A stretch of DNA of 64,000 nucleotides. Source: a virus. Taxonomy: Duplodnaviria > Caudoviricetes. The DNA is taken from IMG/VR virus record IMGVR_UViG_3300020045_018276, positions 6,491 through 70,490 of that record; one strand, given 5' to 3'. Made by a program: the position numbers and the translations under genes. Shown in pieces: positions 39,185 to 47,816 of this stretch. The notes under the pieces were generated by a model. It was not told the DNA's origin, made no database searches, and worked only from the letters and a program-made list of their open reading frames with translations. Numbering within the stretch: the stretch's first letter is position 1; each line of letters begins with the position of its first letter.

Positions 39185-40240
39185 TTATTTTTCTTCTTTA
39201 TTGAAGTACGCCAAATAAAAATACATCTGCTTTTCTTCGTCCCAGCCTTTTTCGAGAAACTTTTCGGCGCTTTCCGGGTTGATAAAATCCATTTTAATCG
39301 TCATTCCTGTATCGAGTTTGATAACGTTCTTAAATTTTTTTCTCGCGTCGGAAACGGCAGAATTTGAAATCTGAAAAGTCGTCAAGTCTTCAATGGAATA
39401 CTTCTCGCCTTTGTCTACTTTGTAATTTTTGAATTCAGGAATCAAATCAGGATTATCGAGCACTTCGTTCAAGAAATTACTTTCTTCAAATTGGTCATTT
39501 TTCGCGAAGTAGTTAACAGCCCGATTCTGAAACATTACTTGCTCTTTCGTGTCTTCGGCCGGAAGCACAATATCTTTCGCAAACCCCTGAACGAATTGCA
39601 GATATTTTTTCGTTTGGAAATTCTCGTCCTCAAACGCGTCAACCGATAAGAAGTGCTCAAGCCAGTAACGTGCATCATAACGATTCTGGTCGATGCACAG
39701 GATTTTAAATCCTTCTTCTTTTTTGTGATTGAAAATCAAACAACCTTTGTCGAGTTTGCTTAAACTGATTCCGTGCTGCAGCAGCATTTCAATCGCAGTT
39801 TCATTTTCCTTAAACTGAAAGAAATCAGATTGAATTTCCGTTTTGAAAATTCCGATGGCATCAACAATGTTATTGTCGATTGAGACATTTTTAAGGTACG
39901 CCACAAAAACCTCCCCTGCTTTGATATGTGGGTGCGCGGATTGATCGTAGAGGTGTTTTGTGATTTGCTTTGAAACGTCATGTGCCTTATCGGGGTTTGC
40001 GAACATTTCAGAAGCGAACTTGAACATTTCATTATATTCCAAATCGACATCATGCGCAAATTGGAAATATACTTCTTCTTTGTCGCGGAATGGCTTCAAA
40101 AAGAATTCTTTGACAAGCGGAGTAATCTCGTCATTTAAAGTGTACGGATTGTCCGTGATAAAGAAACTTTCATTTCGGCTTTTATTGCCGACTCTGTGCA
40201 AACTCAGTGTGTCGATTTGCGTGTTGTACAAATTTATCAT
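39185..40240 (-). CDS. nucleoid-associated protein (NdpA/YejK, 37-kDa family)
   Basis: LSLHRVGNKSR, HPHIKAGE, KLDKGCLIFN, YWLEHFL; Flavobacterium-like. Confidence 0.8.
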   Translation of the reverse strand: MINLYNTQIDTLSLHRVGNKSRNESFFITDNPYTLNDEITPLVKEFFLKPFRDKEEVYFQFAHDVDLEYNEMFKFASEMFANPDKAHDVSKQITKHLYDQSAHPHIKAGEVFVAYLKNVSIDNNIVDAIGIFKTEIQSDFFQFKENETAIEMLLQHGISLSKLDKGCLIFNHKKEEGFKILCIDQNRYDARYWLEHFLSVDAFEDENFQTKKYLQFVQGFAKDIVLPAEDTKEQVMFQNRAVNYFAKNDQFEESNFLNEVLDNPDLIPEFKNYKVDKGEKYSIEDLTTFQISNSAVSDARKKFKNVIKLDTGMTIKMDFINPESAEKFLEKGWDEEKQMYFYLAYFNKEEK

Positions 40241-40256
40241 ATTTATTATTTAAGGA

Positions 40257-40865
40257 TTAATTTTTTTCGTAAAATGTCACGAGCACTTTTCTTTCGCCGC
40301 GAATGATCCGATTTGGGAATTTTCCGTGAAACCTCGAAGCTTTATAAATCAGCATCCGGTTCGGCTCCGAAAATACCGAGTCCACCAATTTCCATTTATC
40401 ATAATCGTCGGCATCTTCGGTAATCAGTCGGTTGAATTCGGCTTCGTCGCCTTTGAATTCCTTCCCGTGAATATGGTGCTCGTAGAAGGCAGTGCCGGTA
40501 GGCTCTAATTCATGTTTATTATTAAGGTACAATACCGAGGCAAGCGCGGTCTGTTTTCCGTTAATCAGTCCATCACAGTGTGCCCTCAAGGTATCGTCGA
40601 AATCTTTCCAAGCCCGACGGATAAAAGTCAGTATAATCGAATGCCCTTCAATCTCCAAATGCGGCAACAACCAATCGGGTACCGGCAAAACAGAGAAACT
40701 TTTATCTCCAGCCTCGACAATCTGGAAATCATTCTCATTCACGTATTTTTGCAGGTCGGCAAATAGTTCTTTCGGGAGATAGTTATCTTTAATGTTCATT
40801 TGGTTTGGTTTTTTTATAGGGTTATATTGTAAATGACAGAGATTAGCGTGATTTTTCGACGGCAA
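40257..40865 (-). CDS. 2OG-Fe(II) oxygenase-like protein (DUF6445-type)
   Basis: HCD...VLYLN...GTAFY...NRMLIY...FHG...R facial-triad pattern. Confidence 0.75.
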   Translation of the reverse strand: MPSKNHANLCHLQYNPIKKPNQMNIKDNYLPKELFADLQKYVNENDFQIVEAGDKSFSVLPVPDWLLPHLEIEGHSIILTFIRRAWKDFDDTLRAHCDGLINGKQTALASVLYLNNKHELEPTGTAFYEHHIHGKEFKGDEAEFNRLITEDADDYDKWKLVDSVFSEPNRMLIYKASRFHGKFPNRIIRGERKVLVTFYEKN

Positions 40866-41080
40866 TCCTGAGAACTTATCAGATTATTGGCTATTTATAT
40901 TCATTATTGCTGATTGTCGCATTTTATACACATTTCAACGATAACGATTTCGCTTCGAGTAAACATATATTCATAATGCGAACATTGTTATGATAAATAT
41001 CATAGTTATTATGAACATAAAAGGCAGCATCCAGTTTGCTCTTTTACAATCCCGGTCGATTTGTTTTCGTCTTTCCTCGG

Positions 41081-41284
41081 TCATTTCAGAAATAGGAGTT
41101 TTGAATTTACGCCTTGGCGAACCCGAATAAACTTCTCGTCATACAATTGTTTTAGCAAAGGATTAATTTCTTCGGTCGTTAGATTTAATTCTGTCATAAG
41201 CTGGGTTATTGACGTGCCGGATTTGTTGTCGTTGGATGTTTGTTTGGCGGTTATTAGGGATTTGAGTTGGTTAAGCAAAATCAT
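41081..41284 (-). CDS. small winged-helix protein
   Basis: ITQLMTELNLTTEEINPLLKQLYDEKFIRVRQG pattern. Confidence 0.55.
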   Translation of the reverse strand: MILLNQLKSLITAKQTSNDNKSGTSITQLMTELNLTTEEINPLLKQLYDEKFIRVRQGVNSKLLFLK

Positions 41285-41531
41285 AATGCCTGAATACTCG
41301 AACTATTTGGGAAACATCTTTGAGTGTAAAATCGCTAGAGCATTTAGCATAAATAGATTCTTTTCCAATCTCTTTAAAGAATTCTAGTCCTTCTGCCGTA
41401 AAACGAAATATCCAATCTGATAAATCTTTTTCTATTAGTCTAGAGACTTCTCCTTTGATTTCGTTTGCCGTCATTCCGGTTCCGTGAATTTCGTCGATTA
41501 CTTCAATGTCGTTTGGTTCGGGTGTTTTCAT
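41271..41531 (-). CDS. hypothetical protein
   Basis: start reassigned to MKTPEP (41531) to avoid a long overlap. Confidence 0.45.
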   Translation of the reverse strand: MKTPEPNDIEVIDEIHGTGMTANEIKGEVSRLIEKDLSDWIFRFTAEGLEFFKEIGKESIYAKCSSDFTLKDVSQIVRVFRHYDFA

Positions 41532-41532
41532 A

Positions 41533-41856
41533 TTACAGATGTAATTTTTGTCTTTCTCCAAATGAAAGTTCTTGCATTTTTTCAAACCCATATGATGCCG
41601 CGAAAAAGAGGTGGTTAATAAGTTCTGCTTCCGCTCCTTGAAAAGCAGTGCCGTCATCTCTTGTTTCTTTAACAATTACGCCTCCCTTGTATTCAGGCCC
41701 TGTAATTGGAAATGGAGTAACGCTTAACTCCATCTGAACGGAGTTGGCGCTTTGTTTTACATCGAGGTAAAGTTTTCTTCCTCTGTCGTTGGTCGGATCG
41801 TTATTGAATTTCTCCAACGCTTCTTTAAAATTCCATTTTTTGTTTTCTGTGTTCAT
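41533..41856 (-). CDS. hypothetical protein
   Basis: 107-aa ORF in the operon. Confidence 0.5.
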   Translation of the reverse strand: MNTENKKWNFKEALEKFNNDPTNDRGRKLYLDVKQSANSVQMELSVTPFPITGPEYKGGVIVKETRDDGTAFQGAEAELINHLFFAASYGFEKMQELSFGERQKLHL

Positions 41857-41871
41857 TTCCTTTTTTTTTAG

Positions 41872-42174
41872 TTATTCAATTCTGAAAACTCGGCATCCGT
41901 CAAGCTCTCTGTATTTTTTGATTAAAAATTTTGCATCGTGGCCGCTCTCTATTCTGTATTCTTTTTGTTTCAAGAAAAGATAGCTTGTCAATTGAATTAA
42001 TGAAGTTTTCTTTTCTGCTTTCTTTGTCACGAAAAAACTGTCGCCGATATCCATTGCGTTAAATGGGAATCTCGACCATTTTATATGTCTTGACGGAATC
42101 GGAATGTCTTTATCAATCTGATACGGCGATTCGGTGAGTTCAAACGAAAAGACAATTGGCACTTCTCCTCCCAT
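41872..42174 (-). CDS. hypothetical protein (possible DNA-binding)
   Basis: IDKDIPIP...FPFNAMDIGDSFFV is a common small phage protein motif. Confidence 0.55.
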   Translation of the reverse strand: MGGEVPIVFSFELTESPYQIDKDIPIPSRHIKWSRFPFNAMDIGDSFFVTKKAEKKTSLIQLTSYLFLKQKEYRIESGHDAKFLIKKYRELDGCRVFRIE

Positions 42175-42176
42175 CT

Positions 42177-43046
42177 TTATTTAAGTATTTGGTTAATATC
42201 AATTCTATCGTCAATCAGTTTTTGGAAGTACCAAGTCAAAGTGTTGTATTTTGCCCGAGCCATTAACATTTCGTTGTTCGGATTTTCAAGCGCAGAAATC
42301 GCTTCCTTAATTTTATTCCTGTCGCCTTTGTCGGGAGTTACTTTGGATTTCAATTCCGCCGTAATATCGTCCTTAGCCAGCTTTAAGCAAATTTGGTAAG
42401 GCGTATCAGTTGGAAATAATTTACGTTCATACAGCGTGTCGAAAATGTGCGCACAGGGCGTTTCAATCTTACCGTTCTCTTTAAAGGTTTCAAATCGGCG
42501 AACAATACCATCGTTGACCATTTTCTCCTTTGCGATATCATCCATAGATTGAAATTCTTTTAATTCTTTGGGAAGTTCGACCGATCCGTTCGTTTCCATA
42601 TTATGGGCCCGTTTCATATCGAGTTTCCAGGATTTGTATTTATCGACGACCTTGCTGAAATATTCTGCGTTGAAAAGGCCGAAGTGTTCTGTTCTCGGCA
42701 ATAAATCACCGTGGCGTTCAAGCATAAAAGCCATTACGATTTCCTCTGCTGAGATTTCACCGTACTTACGCATTATCAACTTTGCGATGTCATCCTTGTC
42801 GAAATCTGAAATCTCGCCTTTACAACCTGCCAGACCCGATATTTTAGTTATCATTGCCGCAAGTGCCAATTCAAAGTTTGGTTCGGTTAAACGGTCCCGA
42901 ATCTTCTTATTCTTGAGGTTTGATGTTAGAAATGTAACCGCGTTTCCTTTTGCTCCCGATTCAATCTCGGATAATAGTTCTCCGGCGCGCTGCTCGTTTC
43001 TTTCGGCAATTTCAAATCGGTCTATTTTCTGCGGATAGTCGCTCAT
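42177..43046 (-). CDS. replication-associated protein (lambda P / helicase-loader position)
   Basis: follows the initiator-like gene; HFGLFNAEYFSKV. Confidence 0.45.
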   Translation of the reverse strand: MSDYPQKIDRFEIAERNEQRAGELLSEIESGAKGNAVTFLTSNLKNKKIRDRLTEPNFELALAAMITKISGLAGCKGEISDFDKDDIAKLIMRKYGEISAEEIVMAFMLERHGDLLPRTEHFGLFNAEYFSKVVDKYKSWKLDMKRAHNMETNGSVELPKELKEFQSMDDIAKEKMVNDGIVRRFETFKENGKIETPCAHIFDTLYERKLFPTDTPYQICLKLAKDDITAELKSKVTPDKGDRNKIKEAISALENPNNEMLMARAKYNTLTWYFQKLIDDRIDINQILK

Positions 43047-43049
43047 AAT

Positions 43050-43499
43050 TTATTGGAATTTCCAGTTACTTAAATTGCTCTTTACTGTTGTTGATGTCTG
43101 CCTACCGATAACCGCTTTTTCAACTTCCTGATGGTTAAACTGCGGGTTCTTTTCCCAAGTGATAATCGATGATTTCCATGATTTCATTTTTACCCTGCCG
43201 ACGAACCAATCTTTGCTGTTGTAACTGTGCCAAAACTTCTCAGCGTCGATACCATTTTTTCTTTGGTTGCAATATTCCTGGATTTCTTCAATGGTCGGGA
43301 TTTGAAATAATTTGGATTCGCGTTTTGGTTTTTGTAATGCAGCGATGCCTTTTAAAATCAAATCGGCGTTTTGTTCAGTACAATAGCAAAAGACTTTAGG
43401 AGGACTTTCAGAAACGTCAATTAAGCCAGTGTTTTTGGTTCCGTTGATATTTATTCCGAATATTAGGTTCATAATCTTCTTTTTTAAACCGTCACCCAT
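43050..43499 (-). CDS. protein carrying a phage replication-initiator-type C-terminal domain
   Basis: FQIPTIEEIQEYC...DAEKFWHSY...W..G..KMKSWKSSIITWEK. Confidence 0.65.
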   Translation of the reverse strand: MGDGLKKKIMNLIFGININGTKNTGLIDVSESPPKVFCYCTEQNADLILKGIAALQKPKRESKLFQIPTIEEIQEYCNQRKNGIDAEKFWHSYNSKDWFVGRVKMKSWKSSIITWEKNPQFNHQEVEKAVIGRQTSTTVKSNLSNWKFQ

Positions 43500-43555
43500 T
43501 CCCCATCAACAACAATCTTTACCGAAATAGTTATTGATAATGAGCGACGGTTGTG

Positions 43556-43906
43556 TTATAATTTTTCTTTCCAATGCGGATAATTCTCTAAAATCCACAT
43601 CTTTTCAAAATCGAATATTTTCCTTCTCGAAGAATACTGATATTCGGAATCGAGATTTATGATAATCTGCTCATGGGTTGATCGCCATAAGTAGAATACT
43701 TTGTCATTCGCCCAAGATTCACTTATGACTACGGTTTCTTTCCTTCTTTCAAATTCTCCGTTCCGTTCCTTTTGGCAACCGAGTTGTAGGCGATATTCTT
43801 TTTTACATTGCTTACACCTGTTGTCGTAACCGTCTTTCGAGCGCCTGTATCTGCCGAATTGGTCTAAATCTTTTGGGTCGAAACAGATGTTGCAGATTTT
43901 TTGCAT
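43556..43906 (-). CDS. Zn-finger protein (HNH-type N-terminal finger)
   Basis: KICNIC...DGYDNRCKQC. Confidence 0.55.
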   Translation of the reverse strand: MQKICNICFDPKDLDQFGRYRRSKDGYDNRCKQCKKEYRLQLGCQKERNGEFERRKETVVISESWANDKVFYLWRSTHEQIIINLDSEYQYSSRRKIFDFEKMWILENYPHWKEKL

Positions 43907-43907
43907 T

Positions 43908-44183
43908 TTATACGCGTTCTATCTTCCAGCAGATAATCGTGTTATAAAATCGGTCATCTTGGCCGGCTTTTACAAATCGTTTGCCTCTGATATTGATGGC
44001 GCATTTGATTTCTTCGCCAATTCCATACGGGTCGATAATGTCAACTCGATCTTGGTGAAGTTCCAGGATAATTTCCTGCGTATGCGTTCCTTCAGTAACC
44101 GCTATTACAAATTCTCTTTTTTTGAATGATGCAGAAATTTCCTGTTCGTCTTTAATTTCTACGATAGTGCCAATTAGTTCCAT
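43908..44183 (-). CDS. DUF3127 OB-fold single-stranded DNA-binding protein
   Basis: FKKREFVI, INIRGK, FYNTIICWKIE. Confidence 0.8.
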   Translation of the reverse strand: MELIGTIVEIKDEQEISASFKKREFVIAVTEGTHTQEIILELHQDRVDIIDPYGIGEEIKCAINIRGKRFVKAGQDDRFYNTIICWKIERV

Positions 44184-44371
44184 TATAATTCTCCTGTGTT
44201 AGATTTGATCGATTTTTCTATTTTTCTAATTCCGATTACAATGAGTAGAATTTTACAAACTACTCGGAATACGTTTTGAAAGTTGAATTCTTCGCCGATA
44301 GGTTCTCCGCTAAATAATGCTACAAGAAATAGCGTCAGTCCCCAAATAAATAACCTGTTTTGATTTCCCAT
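44183..44371 (-). CDS. small membrane protein
   Basis: two hydrophobic segments, coupled genes. Confidence 0.45.
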   Translation of the reverse strand: MGNQNRLFIWGLTLFLVALFSGEPIGEEFNFQNVFRVVCKILLIVIGIRKIEKSIKSNTGEL

Positions 44372-45285
44372 TATGCTGTTTGTTTAAGTTTTTCGTAAAT
44401 TGCTAATACTTCTTTTTCTTTGTTACACAACCACTCGCGGCACATAACTACTCGTGATTTGATAAATTCGATATCTTCCTTTTCAAGAGTCACATCGAAT
44501 TGCTTTACGCGAAATACCGGATGGACATCGAAGTCAAGAACCACGTTTTCAAAATCGTACGCCGGCCATTGTTCCTTAAAACCTTCGATGTCGAAAATCA
44601 TATTTCTTTCTAATTGCTGTACGGCCTCAATCCACCGGTCTTCCTCTTGGTCAGGCATATTCAATTGATACCAAAGCGTTTTCTTAGCAGCGATTAATTG
44701 GTGATATGGCGTGTTGACAAGCGTGTAAACCAATTGGCCTTTAGTCTTACCTGTAAGCCACAAATAGAATTTCAATTGCCATTCGTAGATTTTAGTCAGC
44801 TCGGCCTTATCGAAAGAGTCCATATCGTAATTACACTTGATATCGATTACCAAGTCTTCTCCGACGTGATCCGGCGTTCCTTGCGCGTACTCGTTTGAAA
44901 AGTGCTCGTCGTTCTTTTCGTAGAAGTCATTATCAACGAAACTTTTGAGTGCTAATCCTTCTTGTTCAGCATAGTTTCCTTTATCGAGAAACTTATTAAA
45001 AAGCAAACGCCTTCTTTTCCAAAACTGACTTCTGAACACGTCTTCGAGGTGGGTTATAGCGCCGGACGGCAAACTGTCAGGAGCGTCACGTTTAGCGATA
45101 AGCTCAGAAAGTTTTTTCTCCATATTCTCGGTCAACTTCAATTTTGGATTATCTGTTGAATCCATTTTACGCTGCAGCAATGCTTGAAGTTCCTTTAACT
45201 GCGATTCAGTAATTCCTTCTCTTGCTGTTAGGATATGACCGCCCGAACTTGAGCGGCACAACCAATTTTCAAAAAACAGTCCCAT
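44371..45285 (-). CDS. YqaJ/lambda-exonuclease-like nuclease
   Basis: KGNYAE, GTPD...DIKC, YEWQLKFYL (PD-(D/E)xK). Confidence 0.8.
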   Translation of the reverse strand: MGLFFENWLCRSSSGGHILTAREGITESQLKELQALLQRKMDSTDNPKLKLTENMEKKLSELIAKRDAPDSLPSGAITHLEDVFRSQFWKRRRLLFNKFLDKGNYAEQEGLALKSFVDNDFYEKNDEHFSNEYAQGTPDHVGEDLVIDIKCNYDMDSFDKAELTKIYEWQLKFYLWLTGKTKGQLVYTLVNTPYHQLIAAKKTLWYQLNMPDQEEDRWIEAVQQLERNMIFDIEGFKEQWPAYDFENVVLDFDVHPVFRVKQFDVTLEKEDIEFIKSRVVMCREWLCNKEKEVLAIYEKLKQTA

Positions 45286-46241
45286 TACGATTTAGATAAT
45301 TCAGCCAGCTTATCGTCAAACTGTATTTGCAAATCAAGATTTCCGGCAGGAATTTTATTTTGCACGGTAAGCAGTTCGTCTTTCAGGATTGCTTTTTCAA
45401 TGAAATCAACCAACAATTCCGAGGCTTTGGTTTCGTATTTTTCAATCAAGTCGTTGTCTGTTGATTTGATTGCTGATTTACATTTTTCAAGTTCTTCCAA
45501 AGATTTAGATCCGTCGATGTGTTTGATGACACGCGCGCTTTGTTTTGCATCAGAAACTTCAATTGGACCTCCTGTCTTCGGAGTAATATCGATAATCAAA
45601 GGCTCCTGAACATCGCCGTCAGCAATGTCGGTTCCTGATATATAATTGTAAAGCCATCCTCTCGCTTTTCTCGTCGCTTTTCCTATCAAAGCATCAGATG
45701 TAGCATAAGCATTAGATTTCATCGGGAAATCGATTGTCTGCGAGTTTTTATCACCATTTAGTTCCCAATCGACAATTACTTCAACATTTGCAGATTTTCC
45801 GTCTGCAGCCGTAACCGGGTTTTTAAAAGTCAGATTGTATTTCAATCCGCTGATCGTTTTGAGAAGCGACCCGAAACCCTCCTTAGTTGGGTACATGTTG
45901 CCGCCGATGATATTAAATTCATTGCCGGTCGCTTGAAGTCCTAGAAGAACAGCATCGATTAAACAGTCTTTTACGACAGCGACAGGATATCCTGGACCTT
46001 TTGTTTTATCTGCGTTCAAATCTTTGTCCGAACGAAATCCGAGTTTACTTCCCTGTAAGGCCATTATCGGCGTCATATACTCGGGCGTAAGTTTATCTTT
46101 CAGGGTTTGGATAGCCGTAGCCATTACAAAGGCTTTCTGAAATCCGCTTAATGAGTTATTCAGGACGGCGACGATTTGATTATTCAATTCTTGCGAAACC
46201 AATTCTTGATCCGCACTGATATTTGCTACTGCTGTTGACAT
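45285..46241 (-). CDS. ssDNA-annealing recombinase (RecT/Redbeta-like)
   Basis: paired with the exonuclease; VKDCLIDAVLLGL, FNIIGGNMYPTKEG, KATRKAR. Confidence 0.65.
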   Translation of the reverse strand: MSTAVANISADQELVSQELNNQIVAVLNNSLSGFQKAFVMATAIQTLKDKLTPEYMTPIMALQGSKLGFRSDKDLNADKTKGPGYPVAVVKDCLIDAVLLGLQATGNEFNIIGGNMYPTKEGFGSLLKTISGLKYNLTFKNPVTAADGKSANVEVIVDWELNGDKNSQTIDFPMKSNAYATSDALIGKATRKARGWLYNYISGTDIADGDVQEPLIIDITPKTGGPIEVSDAKQSARVIKHIDGSKSLEELEKCKSAIKSTDNDLIEKYETKASELLVDFIEKAILKDELLTVQNKIPAGNLDLQIQFDDKLAELSKS

Positions 46242-46285
46242 ATTACTCTATTCTTATTGGTGGATTAAATTGTTCTTTTGCTTTA

Positions 46286-46558
46286 TTACAAGCGGGATGG
46301 GATTTCATAATTCTGAGATAACCATAGAGTAAGGTCGTATTGGTCACCGCTAGGATTTTCTGATTTGAACTCAGCTAACAATTCGTGCCATTGGTCAAAT
46401 CTTTTATCAGGAACGACATCGCCAATTTTATCTTCAATCACCGGCGGTTCTTCTTCATCAATAATCTGAACAGGCGCGACTTCAATAATTGGGTCTGAAC
46501 CGATTTGGTCGTGGATTTCTTCAGGGTCGGTCAGTTTTCTTAATTCTTCCTTTTCCAT
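46286..46558 (-). CDS. hypothetical protein
   Basis: 90-aa acidic ORF. Confidence 0.5.
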   Translation of the reverse strand: MEKEELRKLTDPEEIHDQIGSDPIIEVAPVQIIDEEEPPVIEDKIGDVVPDKRFDQWHELLAEFKSENPSGDQYDLTLWLSQNYEIPSRL

Positions 46559-46559
46559 C

Positions 46560-46814
46560 TTACTTCCAATTAATAACTTCTTCCAAACTCACTTCAACAA
46601 TCGGGAAATCCGGTTCTCTTAAATCACGGGAATATGCGAGTGCTTTGTTGTCGACGTTCCAATACGTGCGATTTTCCTTGTCAACGATTACGTTGTATTC
46701 TTCTTCTTCAGCATCCATATCGAATATTGCTGCTTCTTTTTCAACGAACCCGATTGCTTCTAAATAGTTGGCGATTTCGAGTCCTTCTGTGGTTGCGAAT
46801 TGTAGATTTTTCAT
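46560..46814 (-). CDS. hypothetical protein
   Basis: 84-aa acidic ORF. Confidence 0.5.
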   Translation of the reverse strand: MKNLQFATTEGLEIANYLEAIGFVEKEAAIFDMDAEEEEYNVIVDKENRTYWNVDNKALAYSRDLREPDFPIVEVSLEEVINWK

Positions 46815-46840
46815 ATTTTATTTAGTTTGAATTAGATTTT

Positions 46841-47227
46841 TTATTTTAAGAGTTCTGGATTTTCGTAGATGTTGCCGATGACTTCGCTTTGAGCCATCCA
46901 TTCTGCCATGTAAAGTGAAGATTGTGTTTCTGAAACGGTGACTTCAAAAGCATGGTCTTTTCGAACTACTACGCCCCAATTGTCGTTGATCGTTTTTATA
47001 ATATCACCTTCGAAAATATCTTTACCATTTTTATCCTTAATTCCTATGAATTGCAGAAATTGAACATTCTCACCATCGTCGCCAAATTCATCTTCATTTT
47101 GCTCAAACTCCATAACTCCCGCCAATAAATATGATTTATCAGCTTCCGAACTTGACGTTAGATATCCTTTGGATTCAAACCGTTTGGTGTAATTATTCCA
47201 AACTTTAAATTTTATTCTATTTTCCAT
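46841..47227 (-). CDS. YopX-family protein
   Basis: IKFKVWN, QFIGIKDKNGKDIFEGDI, EVIGNIYENPELL. Confidence 0.9.
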   Translation of the reverse strand: MENRIKFKVWNNYTKRFESKGYLTSSSEADKSYLLAGVMEFEQNEDEFGDDGENVQFLQFIGIKDKNGKDIFEGDIIKTINDNWGVVVRKDHAFEVTVSETQSSLYMAEWMAQSEVIGNIYENPELLK

Positions 47228-47520
47228 TACTTCTGATTTAAATGTAAATACTCGTCCAAATCGCTTTGGTGAATTAAATAATGCTTTCCAGGTCGACTTG
47301 CTTTTAAAAGTCCAATTTTGATATGTGCCCGAAGCGTCGCTGTTTTGATTCCTGTGATGTTATGTGCTTCCCGAATGCTTAAAACTGCGTCTTTGACAAT
47401 TGGCTCAGGTTTGATTTCCTCGACGGGCTTGCGTTCGTCCTGAATAGCGACAACTTCTTCTGCAATGGCTCTGATTATTTTTTTATCGTTGGGGTCGTTT
47501 GGATCGAGTTGAAATTTCAT
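47227..47520 (-). CDS. excisionase-like HTH_17/MerR-type DNA-binding protein
   Basis: LSIREAHNITGIKTATLRAHIKIGLLKASRPGKHYLI. Confidence 0.75.
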   Translation of the reverse strand: MKFQLDPNDPNDKKIIRAIAEEVVAIQDERKPVEEIKPEPIVKDAVLSIREAHNITGIKTATLRAHIKIGLLKASRPGKHYLIHQSDLDEYLHLNQK

Positions 47521-47545
47521 TTCGGTTAATTTGATTTGTTATGTT

Positions 47546-47572
47546 AAAAAAAGGCGGAATGTCGTTCCCGCC
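47546..47572 (-). terminator. intrinsic terminator ending the tmRNA coding piece
   Basis: GGCGGGAACGACATTCCGCC followed by T7 on the minus strand. Confidence 0.85.
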
Positions 47573-47812
47573 GGACGTAACCTTTATGCAGCGACTTCTA
47601 AAGCCTCTGGGTTAAGTTGGATAACTTTTGCGGTTATCGTTAAAATGCTTCTCCGAGTCACATACTATTCTGCTGTCAAAACCAATCGACCCCTAAATTT
47701 TATAATCGGCGGGCAAGGCATAACTACAAACCTTAACCTTTAGGAGTGGAATCGGCGGGAATCGAACCCGCGTCCAAACAGATTTCTATGACACATCAAC
47801 AAAACATTTTTC
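47546..47812 (-). ncRNA. ssrA: circularly permuted (two-piece) tmRNA
   Basis: minus-strand order: helix-2 strand + T-arm GCGGG-TTCGATT-CCCGC + 3' acceptor CGATTCC-A (ends 47747); 53-nt intervening segment; 5' end GGGGTCGATTGGTTTTGAC (starts 47693); tag ORF 47631-47584 after ATAACC. Confidence 0.88.
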
Positions 47813-47816
47813 TATT

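Noticed and set aside
41271-41675. 134-aa and 148-aa ORF versions with long overlaps (41271-41675, 61360-61806)
   Set aside because: Downstream ATGs at 41531 and 61650 give non-overlapping, coupled genes.
47531-47743. 70-aa plus-strand ORF over the tmRNA
   Set aside because: Antisense to a well-formed RNA gene, with a TTG start and no motif.
47747-47775. Stand-alone tRNA or second att site
   Set aside because: Its acceptor strand pairs with the downstream GGGGTCG, and the tag ORF follows, so it is part of the permuted tmRNA.
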